Source of the DNA: a candidate division WWE3 bacterium RIFCSPHIGHO2_01_FULL_42_13
Lineage (GTDB): Bacteria; Patescibacteriota; WWE3; UBA101185; UBA10185
Assembly: GCA_001772625.1 (NCBI GenBank)
Contig: MEVA01000016.1
Span: 67,159-131,158 of the forward strand
DNA length: 64,000 bases
Direction: 5' to 3'
The notes below the pieces were generated by a model. The model ran no database searches. It was not told the origin of the DNA and saw only the letters and a program-made list of their open reading frames with translations. Position 1 is the first letter of the stretch, and each line of letters opens with the position of its first letter. The translations under genes were made by a program, and so were the position numbers. Below are positions 26,566 to 36,689 of the stretch, piece by piece.

Positions 26566-28398
26566 TTAACCGCCTAAATAATTTCCAGTATTTATGTCTA
26601 CCGACCTTAATTGTAACTTAGGGCGCTTAAGTAGACCAATAATAAAATTTATTCCGTACACGATATGGGTTAGGATTATTCCTACAAAAACTAAAAGCCC
26701 GGAAATTGGATTTAAGTCTTCAATTGCGACACCTGCGGCTCTTCGCAAGATAAGGAAAAGATAAATTCCCACAACCGTAAAGTATAAATACCACAGCACC
26801 GGAAAGAAACTCGAAACAATTGGGCCTAATACTAACCCTAAAACGAAAAGTGTGGGCATAAAGTAAAATAGCAATCTTGAAGTTTCGGGAAAAAGTCTTG
26901 CAAACTGTCCCCTGTGCTGCCCGTACCGCGAAATTTGTTTTAAGTAGGGCAAGAATATTTTTCTTCTGTGATGGTAAACAATTGGTTTTGGGTCATAAGG
27001 AAAAGGACGCCTAAATTTTTCCACCAAATCTAAACAAAGTTTAGTGTCTTCGCCTGGCCAAAACTCTGTAGTAAAACCACCAACACTTAAGAAGGCATCT
27101 CTTCTTACAAATAAGTTTACGGTCGGGTAATCACTTATAAACTGATGCTTTGTTGGTTTATGCCTAAAAATTGTATTTCCACTCACAAGGCTTGACTCAA
27201 GAAGCTTTCCGGCAATTCTTTCAAGAAAACTGGCTTTCGGAGGTGTTACCGCAGGCGCTCCTAAAGCGTAAGTGTTTGAATTCTTAAAAACTTCGGCGGC
27301 CAATTTTAGCCAATCTTTTTTTGGAAATGCGTCGTCATCCAGAAAGGCGAGAATATTTCCAGTTGCCACACCCGCTCCAATGTTTCTTTTTTCGCCGGGA
27401 CCTTTGTTACCAACAGCTATAAACCTAAATTTATCGCCCAAGTTTAGTTTTTTCTCTTCCACTTCATTAATCTCATCTACCAAAACTATTACTTCAAAAT
27501 ACGGATAGTCGAGTTTAGACAAATGGGCAAGACATTCTCTTAAATCTTTATTTAAACGTCTTGCCGTTACAATTACACTAAATTCGGGCTGTTCAATTTT
27601 TTCAAGTCTAATTTGAGATGCCAAAAACTGAGCGATTTCATGCTGTATCCATTTATGCTCATTGCCATCGTCGTAATATTTCAAAATCTTCAGACGATAA
27701 AAAACAGCTAAGGTGTCGTTCATCATTCGTTGTATGAAAGAGTCCAGGAACAAAAATTTGGAAAAGGTTGTGTGGTCAAAGTTTAGGCTCAGCTCAATTG
27801 GCGCTTCGTATATTCTTCTAAAGCCAAGCCTGTGGGCTACAGCCAACATTTCTATATCAAAAGCAAACTCTTTTATTAAAAGTCTTGGCAAAACCGCATC
27901 CAAAACTTCGCGCTTAAATACCTTAAGACCTGCCTGTGTGTCTGTGAGTTTAAGATTAAATAAAAGCCGCGCAAGGGTGTAATACCCCCAACTGTAAAGT
28001 TTTCGCATAAATGGGTAATTTACTTTCGAAGCCGGATGGCGCTTACTTGCCACAACCACATCGGCCTTGTGCAAAAGCACGTGCTCTAGAAGAGTTGCAA
28101 TACTTTCTAGATTTATATCCACACCTGCGTCAATAAACGCAACATAATCACCACTGGCTTGAGTCATCCCATACTTAACAGCAAACCCCTTACCTTGATT
28201 TTGTTCGTAACCTACAACTTCAACATTATCCTTTTTTACTTTGGAAGCTTCTTCAAAAGTTTTGTCTAAAAGCCCGTCAACTACAACTATGATCTCAAAA
28301 TCCCACTTGGTTTTGGATAAAGCTTTGTGAACTTCTTCAATATTCTTTTTTATGGTCTTTTCCTGCTTATAGGCGGGAATTATTACCGATACTAACAT
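26566..28398 (-). CDS. Two-domain GT2 glycosyltransferase with C-terminal TM segments
   Basis: 610 aa. First GT2 domain VSVIIPAYKQ...IIVVVDGLLDKT...DAGVD. Second GT2 domain FSVIVTARRL...VIVLVDEINE...LDDDAF. Hydrophobic C-terminus. Confidence 0.75.
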   Translation of the reverse strand: MLVSVIIPAYKQEKTIKKNIEEVHKALSKTKWDFEIIVVVDGLLDKTFEEASKVKKDNVEVVGYEQNQGKGFAVKYGMTQASGDYVAFIDAGVDINLESIATLLEHVLLHKADVVVASKRHPASKVNYPFMRKLYSWGYYTLARLLFNLKLTDTQAGLKVFKREVLDAVLPRLLIKEFAFDIEMLAVAHRLGFRRIYEAPIELSLNFDHTTFSKFLFLDSFIQRMMNDTLAVFYRLKILKYYDDGNEHKWIQHEIAQFLASQIRLEKIEQPEFSVIVTARRLNKDLRECLAHLSKLDYPYFEVIVLVDEINEVEEKKLNLGDKFRFIAVGNKGPGEKRNIGAGVATGNILAFLDDDAFPKKDWLKLAAEVFKNSNTYALGAPAVTPPKASFLERIAGKLLESSLVSGNTIFRHKPTKHQFISDYPTVNLFVRRDAFLSVGGFTTEFWPGEDTKLCLDLVEKFRRPFPYDPKPIVYHHRRKIFLPYLKQISRYGQHRGQFARLFPETSRLLFYFMPTLFVLGLVLGPIVSSFFPVLWYLYFTVVGIYLFLILRRAAGVAIEDLNPISGLLVFVGIILTHIVYGINFIIGLLKRPKLQLRSVDINTGNYLGG

Positions 28399-28467
28399 TA
28401 TGGATATAGTACAACATATTCCAACTATGAGCGGGGCAGGAGTTTCAAAGTTGGCAGTTACTTAAAA

Positions 28468-29997
28468 TCAATACTCACCTAACCTATAAAGGTATATTTT
28501 GGGGTCTACAAAGATGCTGCCTGGGAAATTTATGGTCTTTTCCTCTATCAGTGTGTCGCAACACGCATACTCCTCGTTAACTTTCTGGCTATCGTAAGAA
28601 AAGTTATATAAATAATCGCGGGGGACATTCCTATAGTTTAGTTTCCACGCGTTTGTGCCTTTAATATACTTCTCCTCTATTCCTTCTGTTTTTGAGATTT
28701 CCTCCGACCTATTCCAAACATATTTATTTACTAAAACAAAATCGTTTGATAGTTGGTATGAGAAAAACATAAGAAATAAAACAAATCCCGAAAGAATTAC
28801 TTTAGAGTACTTACTTTCTTGAAAATAATCTTTTAGCAAAAATAACAAAATGGTTGGAATTAGAATATGAAGGTATCGATCATAGAAAGCTTTTGTAGCA
28901 ATAAGCATACCCGTATAAACTACAGCCAAAACTAAGTAGAGATTTATGGCCTTTCTTTTAAAGACAATGACGTAAGACACAAATATAGGAAAAAGAATTT
29001 TGGAAACTAAGTCCCAGTAGCGATACAAATCATAATTTCCCTTAAAGTAATACTTGGTCCCACTTATACCTCTTGGATAAAACCCCGTGCGCTCAAAAGT
29101 ATTCTCAAAATATGGGAACTCGCCCCAAGAAACTTCATGCGGGTTAAAATTACTAATCATTAAAAAGTATAGCCCTACCGCAAGAGCTAAAAATAACAAC
29201 ACATGCTTTTTTTTACTTAATATCTCTTTTATGTTAACAGAACTTAAAAATACGGGTAGCAAAAAGGCCGTAAGTACAATAAAAGTGCCTATAAACACAG
29301 CGGCAACATAATCTTTATCCAAAAGGTTTTTCCACTGCAGCGGAACCTCAATAATCCTTGGGGTTAGGGGAAATATTTTTTCGTAATAAAAGTAGAGAGC
29401 ACCAAACGTAATAAGACTTACTGCAGCTGGCTTCCAATTTTGTTTGTACGAGTAAAATAATCCAAGGCCTAACGGAATAAAAAGAGAGACCTGCCTTACA
29501 TTCAAACCGGCAAAGACAACAAGGGCCATAAGAGCCAGGTATTTATAATTTTTAGTTTCATCAAACAATAAGATGCACCAAAGGCTTAGTAAAAAGAAAA
29601 ACATAAAATATACCTCTGTCATAAATCCAAAGGTTAAATACATATTTAAAGGATTGAAAAAATAAATGAGCCCCACTAACACGGAGGTCGAGAATTGCTT
29701 TTTCATTCTATACAAAATAAACGCTGACAACAGGTAAAAGTTAGCGACAGAAAAAAGCAAAGTTAAAATGGGCAGTTTTTCTAGAGAGAATATTCTTGCA
29801 AAGCCTGCAGCAATCAAACCTTGGGTGTAAAACGTGGGGCCAGTGTAGGGGTGCAGAGTAAAATCCCCCTTCATAAACCTTGAAACCATTTCATAGTAAA
29901 CCCAATCATCATTTTGATAAAAATCTATTTTGTTTGAAAGCGTAAACACAAGCATAAAAAGAGCCAGTGTTATAAGCAAAAGCCATAATTTCTTCAT
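28468..29997 (-). CDS. Polytopic membrane protein, GT-C-fold glycosyltransferase-like (ArnT/PMT-type)
   Basis: 509 aa, about 11-13 TM segments. Extracytoplasmic first loop with acidic motif (YQNDDWVYYE). Confidence 0.45.
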   Translation of the reverse strand: MKKLWLLLITLALFMLVFTLSNKIDFYQNDDWVYYEMVSRFMKGDFTLHPYTGPTFYTQGLIAAGFARIFSLEKLPILTLLFSVANFYLLSAFILYRMKKQFSTSVLVGLIYFFNPLNMYLTFGFMTEVYFMFFFLLSLWCILLFDETKNYKYLALMALVVFAGLNVRQVSLFIPLGLGLFYSYKQNWKPAAVSLITFGALYFYYEKIFPLTPRIIEVPLQWKNLLDKDYVAAVFIGTFIVLTAFLLPVFLSSVNIKEILSKKKHVLLFLALAVGLYFLMISNFNPHEVSWGEFPYFENTFERTGFYPRGISGTKYYFKGNYDLYRYWDLVSKILFPIFVSYVIVFKRKAINLYLVLAVVYTGMLIATKAFYDRYLHILIPTILLFLLKDYFQESKYSKVILSGFVLFLMFFSYQLSNDFVLVNKYVWNRSEEISKTEGIEEKYIKGTNAWKLNYRNVPRDYLYNFSYDSQKVNEEYACCDTLIEEKTINFPGSIFVDPKIYLYRLGEY

Positions 29998-30037
29998 ACT
30001 ATAATGATATACTTTCTCAGGAAGCTACGAAAGAGAA

Positions 30038-30787
30038 ATGAACTATAAAGAGTATGAAAACATGGAAAAATTCGAGAAGAGCTACTGGTGGCATAGAGGC
30101 CGCCTTTATTTGCTGGAAAAATTAATTAATTCCCACTTCCAAAAAAAGAGAGGTGACGCCCAGCTACTTGAGGTTGGGTCTGGAACTGGCGAGACCGTTA
30201 AGTTTCTATCTAATTTCGGAAAAGTTACTGGGATCGACGTTTCAGAAAGGGCCGTTGAGTTTTGTAGAAGTAAAGGATTAGAAAATATAATTCTGGGAGA
30301 TATAAATGAGCTTGACCTTTCGGAACACAAAAATACGTATGACGCTGTTTTTGCCCTTGATACCATGGAGCACATACAAGATGACGTAGGGGCAATGAAA
30401 AGGATAAACGAGATGTTAAAAGAGGAGGGACTTCTCTTTCTTACCGTTCCCGCACACAAATTCTTATGGAGTGAGCATGATGAGGCGCTTCATCACAAAA
30501 GAAGGTATCACTCTCTTGAACTTTTACAGAAACTTAGAGACGCGGGGTTTGAGCCAATAAAAAAATCGTACTTTGTTTTTACGGCATTTTTTCCCATCTT
30601 GTTTTTTAGAACCTGGAATACCGTGTTTGGTAGAAGCGCCTACCCAAAAACTTCGTATGTAATGCTACCAAAAATCCTCAATGACTTTGCAACAAACGTT
30701 TTGAAATTAGAGGCAAAGATCATTCAAAAGATAAATTTTCCTATAGGGACAACGATTGTAGCGGTTGCAAAAAAGCCTAAGATTTAA
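30038..30787 (+). CDS. Class I SAM-dependent methyltransferase
   Basis: 249 aa. LLEVGSGTGETVKFL, FALDTMEHI, and LKEEGLLFLTVP. Confidence 0.8.
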   Translation: MNYKEYENMEKFEKSYWWHRGRLYLLEKLINSHFQKKRGDAQLLEVGSGTGETVKFLSNFGKVTGIDVSERAVEFCRSKGLENIILGDINELDLSEHKNTYDAVFALDTMEHIQDDVGAMKRINEMLKEEGLLFLTVPAHKFLWSEHDEALHHKRRYHSLELLQKLRDAGFEPIKKSYFVFTAFFPILFFRTWNTVFGRSAYPKTSYVMLPKILNDFATNVLKLEAKIIQKINFPIGTTIVAVAKKPKI

Positions 30788-32033
30788 TACTTTTTATAAA
30801 ATAGATCCCAACACCTAAAAGAAGGGCAAACGAAATTGCCAAATTCACATTCACTACACTTACCAAACTTTCATGATGAAGGGAAATTAAAATGACTTGC
30901 AATGTAATTGCAGGGAGAAGTAAAAGGACAACCTTGGTTTTTTCTACAGCCAAAAAGAACAGTATCATAAAGTTTATTAACACATACATGCCAACAAAAA
31001 TCGAAAACCTTGGTAAAAGTTCTGCAGAAGCAAGGTAGGAGGCACCAAACATTACCCGTGTAATAAAATTTGGCATTAAAGTAAAAACGACAACGCCCAC
31101 AATTACCACCATAATTTGTAAGATTAACAGGGGCCTAAATTTTTCTAAAACATCTTCGCCATTACCATAAGCTGAAGAGATCGTAGGAAACATAACAACT
31201 CCTACTGTGCTCGCCCCAAACAACAAAACTTTCCCGGTTGTAACTAAGCCCGCGTATAACCCAGCCGATGTTTCGTCAAAGAAATGTTTCACTAGCACAA
31301 TATCAATATTATTCAAAAGAGTTAATCCAATCTGTACAAAAAGAACGGAACCAGCAAAGGCAAGTACATTTTTATAGTAATGTTTTAAACTTACATCATC
31401 CGACTTTAAAAAGTGCTTACTCAACATCCATGTTCCAATTAAATAGGACCCAGCAAAAGACAAACCCATTCCCACAAAGGCCCCTGCCAGCTTAAACCCC
31501 GCCATGACAATTAAAACTGGGATGATAAGCCTTAGAAACTGGGTCGATACCGAAAAGGCAGCATAGGCTTTAAACTTTAATAAACCCTGCAAATAAGCGA
31601 TGGGAAGTATTACCAAAAAAGAAAGTCCGAGAAAAGCCCCAAAGTAAATAAGTAGGTTGGGGTCGGAAATACTTAAAAAACTCGCGAGTTGCTGACGGAA
31701 AAGAAATATCAGTGTAAACAAAAGAGACCCAACACCCAAAACTACGGTTGAAAGTTCCAGAAAAATACGGGTAAGTGTTCCGTATTTATTTTGTGTAGAA
31801 AGATTAGAAACAAGTTTAATTAATGAAGTTGTGAATGAGGTTGCCAGCACTCCTAAAATAACATAAACGGATAGAAGCGCTGTAAAAGTTCCAAAATCTG
31901 AAACCGAAAGCCATCGCCCAAGAAAGATTTGCAGAAGATAAGCAAAAACGCTTCCAATAAAAGAACCGGCCGTAACTATAACGACTCTGGAAAACGCGGG
32001 ATTTTTGATTAAGTTTCTTGCACGGGTAATCAT
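30777..32033 (-). CDS. Wzx-like polysaccharide flippase (MOP/PST family)
   Basis: 418 aa, about 12 TM segments, PST-family-like N-terminus. Assigned from architecture and context. Confidence 0.5.
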   Translation of the reverse strand: MITRARNLIKNPAFSRVVIVTAGSFIGSVFAYLLQIFLGRWLSVSDFGTFTALLSVYVILGVLATSFTTSLIKLVSNLSTQNKYGTLTRIFLELSTVVLGVGSLLFTLIFLFRQQLASFLSISDPNLLIYFGAFLGLSFLVILPIAYLQGLLKFKAYAAFSVSTQFLRLIIPVLIVMAGFKLAGAFVGMGLSFAGSYLIGTWMLSKHFLKSDDVSLKHYYKNVLAFAGSVLFVQIGLTLLNNIDIVLVKHFFDETSAGLYAGLVTTGKVLLFGASTVGVVMFPTISSAYGNGEDVLEKFRPLLILQIMVVIVGVVVFTLMPNFITRVMFGASYLASAELLPRFSIFVGMYVLINFMILFFLAVEKTKVVLLLLPAITLQVILISLHHESLVSVVNVNLAISFALLLGVGIYFIKSIKS

Positions 32034-32034
32034 A

Positions 32035-33726
32035 TTACTTACTTATATCCCGGGCAGTGTTTTCGTACACATTATAAATTGGAACACCTCGAAGTTTTAC
32101 CTGTCCAATAAACCTAAACGGGTCTTCAGGTTCGGATTCGTCAAACCATACAGGGTAAATAAAAAACTGGGCTTTTCTTGAATCGAAATCAATGCTGGAA
32201 ATTGTGGCCCAGGCACCCATTCGCCTTACAAAGGGGTGCAGTTGTGTGTAATACTTCTCCGGAAAAGCCACAACCAGGCGGTTTTGCAACACATCGGCCG
32301 TATCATATATATCTTCGCCCGGCCCAAAATCCTGCAAACTAAGTTCGTACTTTTTAGCTTCCAGATATTTTATTAATTCGAAATGGCCAATTACCCATTT
32401 TGGTTCAAGCATCCAGATTCCGTTTTTCAGTCCACCAGTTAACGGACTGTAATACGAAAAATAATCCGGATGGAGAACTGCCAAAGTTGTAAAGGCAGGT
32501 ATTAATAATACTATTCCAAACAGCGCGAAGGCGTTAGAAACTTTTGAAAACCTTCCCACAAGTAGATGTAACATTCGTTCAAAAAACAGTGACGCAACTA
32601 AACTTAATGCAATTAAGGAAGGTAAAATATATCTATCAAGTTTTTTTGATGGAATTGAAAGTTCAATAATATAAAATAATGCGTATAAAAGCGTAAAGGT
32701 CGCAAACTTTTTCTGCCTTTTATCAAGTTTTGGAAAAACCACTAACGAACCTAAAAGGCCAATAATTAAATACAAAGACGATCTTAAAACCAAAACTGCC
32801 CAATAAAACACCGGCCCCGGATCCTCCACCCATTTTCCAAAGAAAAGCTGAATATGATCGCCCTCAATTCCAACATCTACTATCCCTTTTTGAAGCACGG
32901 TGAGGGCTTGAGGCGCGTTTGTCCACATGGCAGGCCAAAAGGCCACAAAGGCAACAATAAAAGTTGCGAGCCATAGTAAGTACCTAGAAAATGCCCATTT
33001 TAAAGCCTTCGCAAAGCTCCCTGTTTCCCACAGGCGGTATCCAAACAGCAACAAAGCGGCAAAAGGCACAATAAAAAGCGCCGAGGTTTTAGTAAGCATC
33101 GCCAATGCCCCAAGAGCAGAAGATATAAATAGCCATTTTTTTCGCTCTTCTGTGGAAACATACATGTAGAGAGTTAAAAACGAGGCAAGCATGAAAGTCG
33201 CCTGCAAACCCTCAAGGTGGACAACCCGGGTTAAAGCAACGTACAAAGGCTCAAGCGCAAAAAGTGCGACGGCAATTGAGGCGTACTTTATATTAAGGAC
33301 TTTTCGTAAAATGTAGAAAATAAAAGAGATTAAAATCCCAAGAGCTAAAACGATAAATAGCTTTTGGGTAAAGTGGAGCTGAAACAAAGCGTTTATATCA
33401 TTATCTTGCGGGTTCGTTCCCGTAAAAACTCGGTACGCAAGGTTATGAAACTTCACAGCAATTGCCCCAAGCCACATTAAAGTTACTCCTGGGTGATACA
33501 TTTGAATAGTCTTTGCAAAATCTAATGTGAAAACGCCCGTTCCAAAATCGTAAATTCTCTGCTTCCACTTCCACTCGTCAGTTGTGAACATGTCGTAGCC
33601 CAGGCTTGGCAACCGCGTCAGTACAAACAGTACAAAAACGTATATTTCGTATTTAATTTTCCTGATTTTGTTCAAAAACATAGATAAAAACGTACGGGCC
33701 CCTTCTACCCTGCGTGCTAACCTCAA
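32035..33726 (-). CDS. GT-C membrane glycosyltransferase, ArnT/PMT (GT39/GT83)-like
   Basis: 563 aa polytopic protein. First loop FTTDEWKW. Blocks (YHPGVTLMW, ALEPLYVALTRVVHLEG, LAMLTKTSA) shared with 35133..36689. The annotated start overlaps the upstream gene by 74 nt, so the true start is probably the internal Met (MFLNK, about 33681). Confidence 0.55.
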   Translation of the reverse strand: MRLARRVEGARTFLSMFLNKIRKIKYEIYVFVLFVLTRLPSLGYDMFTTDEWKWKQRIYDFGTGVFTLDFAKTIQMYHPGVTLMWLGAIAVKFHNLAYRVFTGTNPQDNDINALFQLHFTQKLFIVLALGILISFIFYILRKVLNIKYASIAVALFALEPLYVALTRVVHLEGLQATFMLASFLTLYMYVSTEERKKWLFISSALGALAMLTKTSALFIVPFAALLLFGYRLWETGSFAKALKWAFSRYLLWLATFIVAFVAFWPAMWTNAPQALTVLQKGIVDVGIEGDHIQLFFGKWVEDPGPVFYWAVLVLRSSLYLIIGLLGSLVVFPKLDKRQKKFATFTLLYALFYIIELSIPSKKLDRYILPSLIALSLVASLFFERMLHLLVGRFSKVSNAFALFGIVLLIPAFTTLAVLHPDYFSYYSPLTGGLKNGIWMLEPKWVIGHFELIKYLEAKKYELSLQDFGPGEDIYDTADVLQNRLVVAFPEKYYTQLHPFVRRMGAWATISSIDFDSRKAQFFIYPVWFDESEPEDPFRFIGQVKLRGVPIYNVYENTARDISK

Positions 33727-35158
33727 AAACCTGGTCTAAGCCTTCTGTTGCAGCCAACTCCTTACCTATCTCTCCTGTATCCAAACCTAATACAACATAA
33801 CCTTTGCCAAAAGATAAATCTGCACCAACTACACCCTTCTCTACCTCGTTTCGTGAAAACTTTTCCATGACCGGCAGAAAACTACTAGTGTTATAAACAA
33901 TCCTATCGTTTGGATTTACATTCTCAAGCATCCATTCGTACGTAATTTCTCTAGTATCCTTTCTTACCAAAAGCAAAACGGTTTGTATCGAAATCCAAAG
34001 TGGAACCAAGAAAAGTAAAATTGGGATTAAATACCGCCATTTACTTTTTATCATTTCCATAAGATGTACTATTACAAAACCGCAAGCAAGAGCCACAAAT
34101 GGATACGCCGAGGTGTAATAGTGTGCACGTGTTTTATCAAAACCTGAAATATAAAAAAACAAAAACAACGATGGAATTAAAATTAACCAAATTTCTTTTG
34201 TTCTTTTGACAAAAATCGCATAAAAAATCGTTAGCATGTACAAAAGTATGAAAATATATCCAAAATCACGGGCAAACTCAGAAGTTAGAGCCTGAAAAAA
34301 CTGCACAATTTGCTGCCCAAACCCTACTTTTCCAACATTTGTAAACTGCCATAAGGCACCTTTTGGCCCGTCAGTACGGATAAAAGTATCGAAATCAAGA
34401 ACTGAGTAAGGAGTTCCTAAAATGAAACCTAACCCTGCTACCAAGCCTGAAAGTACCAGAGCTTTGACTCCGTGCCAATCTAAAAGTTTTTCATTTGGAG
34501 ATTTCCAGGTTCGCAAGAAGTGGGCGGCAGGAATCATAGCGGCCATTAAGCCTCCGTTATATTTTGTTGAGGCTGCAAAACCAATAAACAATCCCGCCCA
34601 TAAATAGTTTTTTAAATCTTTTTCCTGAAATATCTTTATTGAAAAGTAAAAGGCCCACGCAACCCAAAAAGCAGTCGGGATATCTATAAGTGCGAAGGGT
34701 GAAGTTTGAACATGGAACGGTGTAATCATTAGAGCAAAAGCTGCAGCCAGCCCCACACTTCGGTTAAACAGCTTTTTGCCAGCCAGATAAACTGGAATTG
34801 CCGTTAAAGTCCCCATAAACACATTGAGTAGTCTGGAGAGAAAATAAAAGATTAACGGGTCTCTCCACATTAGCGGGAAGTATGCACTTAAAGATTCCTG
34901 CAAACCAAAAACCTGCAAGCGGATTCTAAATTTTATGTACAGAAAATGAAGGAAGTAGTTTAGGTACAGATGTAGGTGGGGCCAGTCGAAGTGGGCTGGG
35001 TTTGGGTCAAACCTAAGCCCAATCGCCGAGCGCACCACTGCGGGCTCATCGGGGTGGAAAATAAACGGGAACCCGTGCTCTACACCGGCAACTCGGAGGC
35101 CAAAACCGACCAAAAGTATTATTAGCAATATTTTATCGAACTTTAGCTTCCTTAACAT
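33653..35158 (-). CDS. GT-C membrane glycosyltransferase, ArnT/PMT-like (DE motif in first loop)
   Basis: 501 aa polytopic protein. FHPDEPAVVRSA in the first periplasmic loop, and ASTKYNG. Confidence 0.55.
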   Translation of the reverse strand: MLRKLKFDKILLIILLVGFGLRVAGVEHGFPFIFHPDEPAVVRSAIGLRFDPNPAHFDWPHLHLYLNYFLHFLYIKFRIRLQVFGLQESLSAYFPLMWRDPLIFYFLSRLLNVFMGTLTAIPVYLAGKKLFNRSVGLAAAFALMITPFHVQTSPFALIDIPTAFWVAWAFYFSIKIFQEKDLKNYLWAGLFIGFAASTKYNGGLMAAMIPAAHFLRTWKSPNEKLLDWHGVKALVLSGLVAGLGFILGTPYSVLDFDTFIRTDGPKGALWQFTNVGKVGFGQQIVQFFQALTSEFARDFGYIFILLYMLTIFYAIFVKRTKEIWLILIPSLFLFFYISGFDKTRAHYYTSAYPFVALACGFVIVHLMEMIKSKWRYLIPILLFLVPLWISIQTVLLLVRKDTREITYEWMLENVNPNDRIVYNTSSFLPVMEKFSRNEVEKGVVGADLSFGKGYVVLGLDTGEIGKELAATEGLDQVFEVSTQGRRGPYVFIYVFEQNQEN

Positions 35159-36689
35159 AAACCTTCCAATATTCTAAACCATTTATCCACATAGTATGGT
35201 CGAGAATAAAATTATAGTTTGAGTCCAAAACTTTCTGAGGAATTTCTTCGTTAACCCCGAGTACCAACAAGTCGTAATTTCTGGTTCCATCAACTCTAAT
35301 ATCAAAAACTCTCGAAGCTTTATAAATTGCTTCCATTGGTTTTACATCTATAAATCCTAGTGTCGGATAGTAACCATATTTTTCTAGAATTTGATCTCTT
35401 AGTGCCACTATTCCCACACCAAAAGGTTTCTGCGCCAAAATATTCTCATGAACATATTGAGGTGAACCAAAAAGAGGGTTGGTATAAGTAAAGTGGTATG
35501 GATACAGACTGAAAAATGGATGCAAAACGAAGGCGGCAAAAAATATCGATTGAACACCAACTAAAGCTTTGACCGCTAATGCCCCAAATTTCGTCTGTAA
35601 GTATTCCTTAAGCTGATAAAAACCTATCACTGCTAAAAGCGCAAAATATGGATACATGGGCAGTAGGTATCGGTCAATTTTTTTACTAGAAATTGTCATC
35701 ACTACCAAATACCCCACGAAAAATATTGTCAAGAAGGCACTTAGGGATGGGGCTTTGAAATCCGGTTTTTTGACTCTAAGTAGGCTTAAAACAAGCATAA
35801 GAAGCAAAAAAGGCGAGGTTTTAAGCAAAAATACCAATGGGTAAAAGCTCACTCCCCCATCGCGGGTGTCTTCACCAAAGATAATTTGATTGTGCCCGCT
35901 TCTAATCCCAACCCGCTCTATACCGTCATAAATTCCCAGTAAAACATCTTTTGTATCAACCCAAAGAGCTGGCAAGAAAATTACAAACGCGAGAACAGCC
36001 GGAATAAAAATAGAGAGTTTAAATTTTACTGCCTCTTTCCAACCTTTTTGCAGAAATACATAAAGCCCACCAACACCAACCGCAAAAAGGAGTCCCCCTA
36101 CTGCAACGCTTTTCGTAAGAAAGGCCAGCGCCAAAAATATTCCGTCTAAAATTCCCATATACCAATTGAACTTCTTAAGGTGTAGGTAAGTAAGGAGCAA
36201 ACCAATAAAAAGAAGTAACGTTAGCAAAATATCCAAATGAAGTACCCGTGAATTTGCAAGAAAGAAAGGCTCCATCGAAAAAATAAAAGACGTTAGCCAC
36301 GCTTTATTAAACCCAACAATTTTTGTCAAAAGAAATATCCCCAAAAGTGAGAGGATGAGCTGAACAAAAATAAGCGCGATTTTAGCTACATAGTCAAAAA
36401 CTAAGAATGTACCTTGATTGTATTTAATGTCACCATTAAGCTGCTTCACCAGCTCAACGGTTGGTCCAACGATCCACATTAGCGTTGTACCAGGCTGGTA
36501 GTGCTGGTAGGTCCTTTCCAACTGCCCGAATTTTAAGCCCACCATAAACTGCTCGGATCGCCAGTGCCAGTTTACGGCGTCTGGATTAACCACGTCATCA
36601 TAGGTTCCTGGCACCCTTGTAGCCAAAAAAACCAACACAAACAGCGCGATGAGTAAATACTCTTTGTTAATTTTCTTTATTAAATACAT
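35133..36689 (-). CDS. GT-C membrane glycosyltransferase, ArnT/PMT-like, paralog of 32035..33726
   Basis: 518 aa polytopic protein with YQPGTTLMW, SMEPFFLANSRVLHLD and LAFLTKSVA. Confidence 0.55.
   Translation of the reverse strand: MYLIKKINKEYLLIALFVLVFLATRVPGTYDDVVNPDAVNWHWRSEQFMVGLKFGQLERTYQHYQPGTTLMWIVGPTVELVKQLNGDIKYNQGTFLVFDYVAKIALIFVQLILSLLGIFLLTKIVGFNKAWLTSFIFSMEPFFLANSRVLHLDILLTLLLFIGLLLTYLHLKKFNWYMGILDGIFLALAFLTKSVAVGGLLFAVGVGGLYVFLQKGWKEAVKFKLSIFIPAVLAFVIFLPALWVDTKDVLLGIYDGIERVGIRSGHNQIIFGEDTRDGGVSFYPLVFLLKTSPFLLLMLVLSLLRVKKPDFKAPSLSAFLTIFFVGYLVVMTISSKKIDRYLLPMYPYFALLAVIGFYQLKEYLQTKFGALAVKALVGVQSIFFAAFVLHPFFSLYPYHFTYTNPLFGSPQYVHENILAQKPFGVGIVALRDQILEKYGYYPTLGFIDVKPMEAIYKASRVFDIRVDGTRNYDLLVLGVNEEIPQKVLDSNYNFILDHTMWINGLEYWKVYVKEAKVR

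Noticed and set aside
30106-30459. 117-aa minus-strand ORF
   Set aside because: It is fully embedded antisense in the methyltransferase gene 30038..30787, which has clear SAM motifs.
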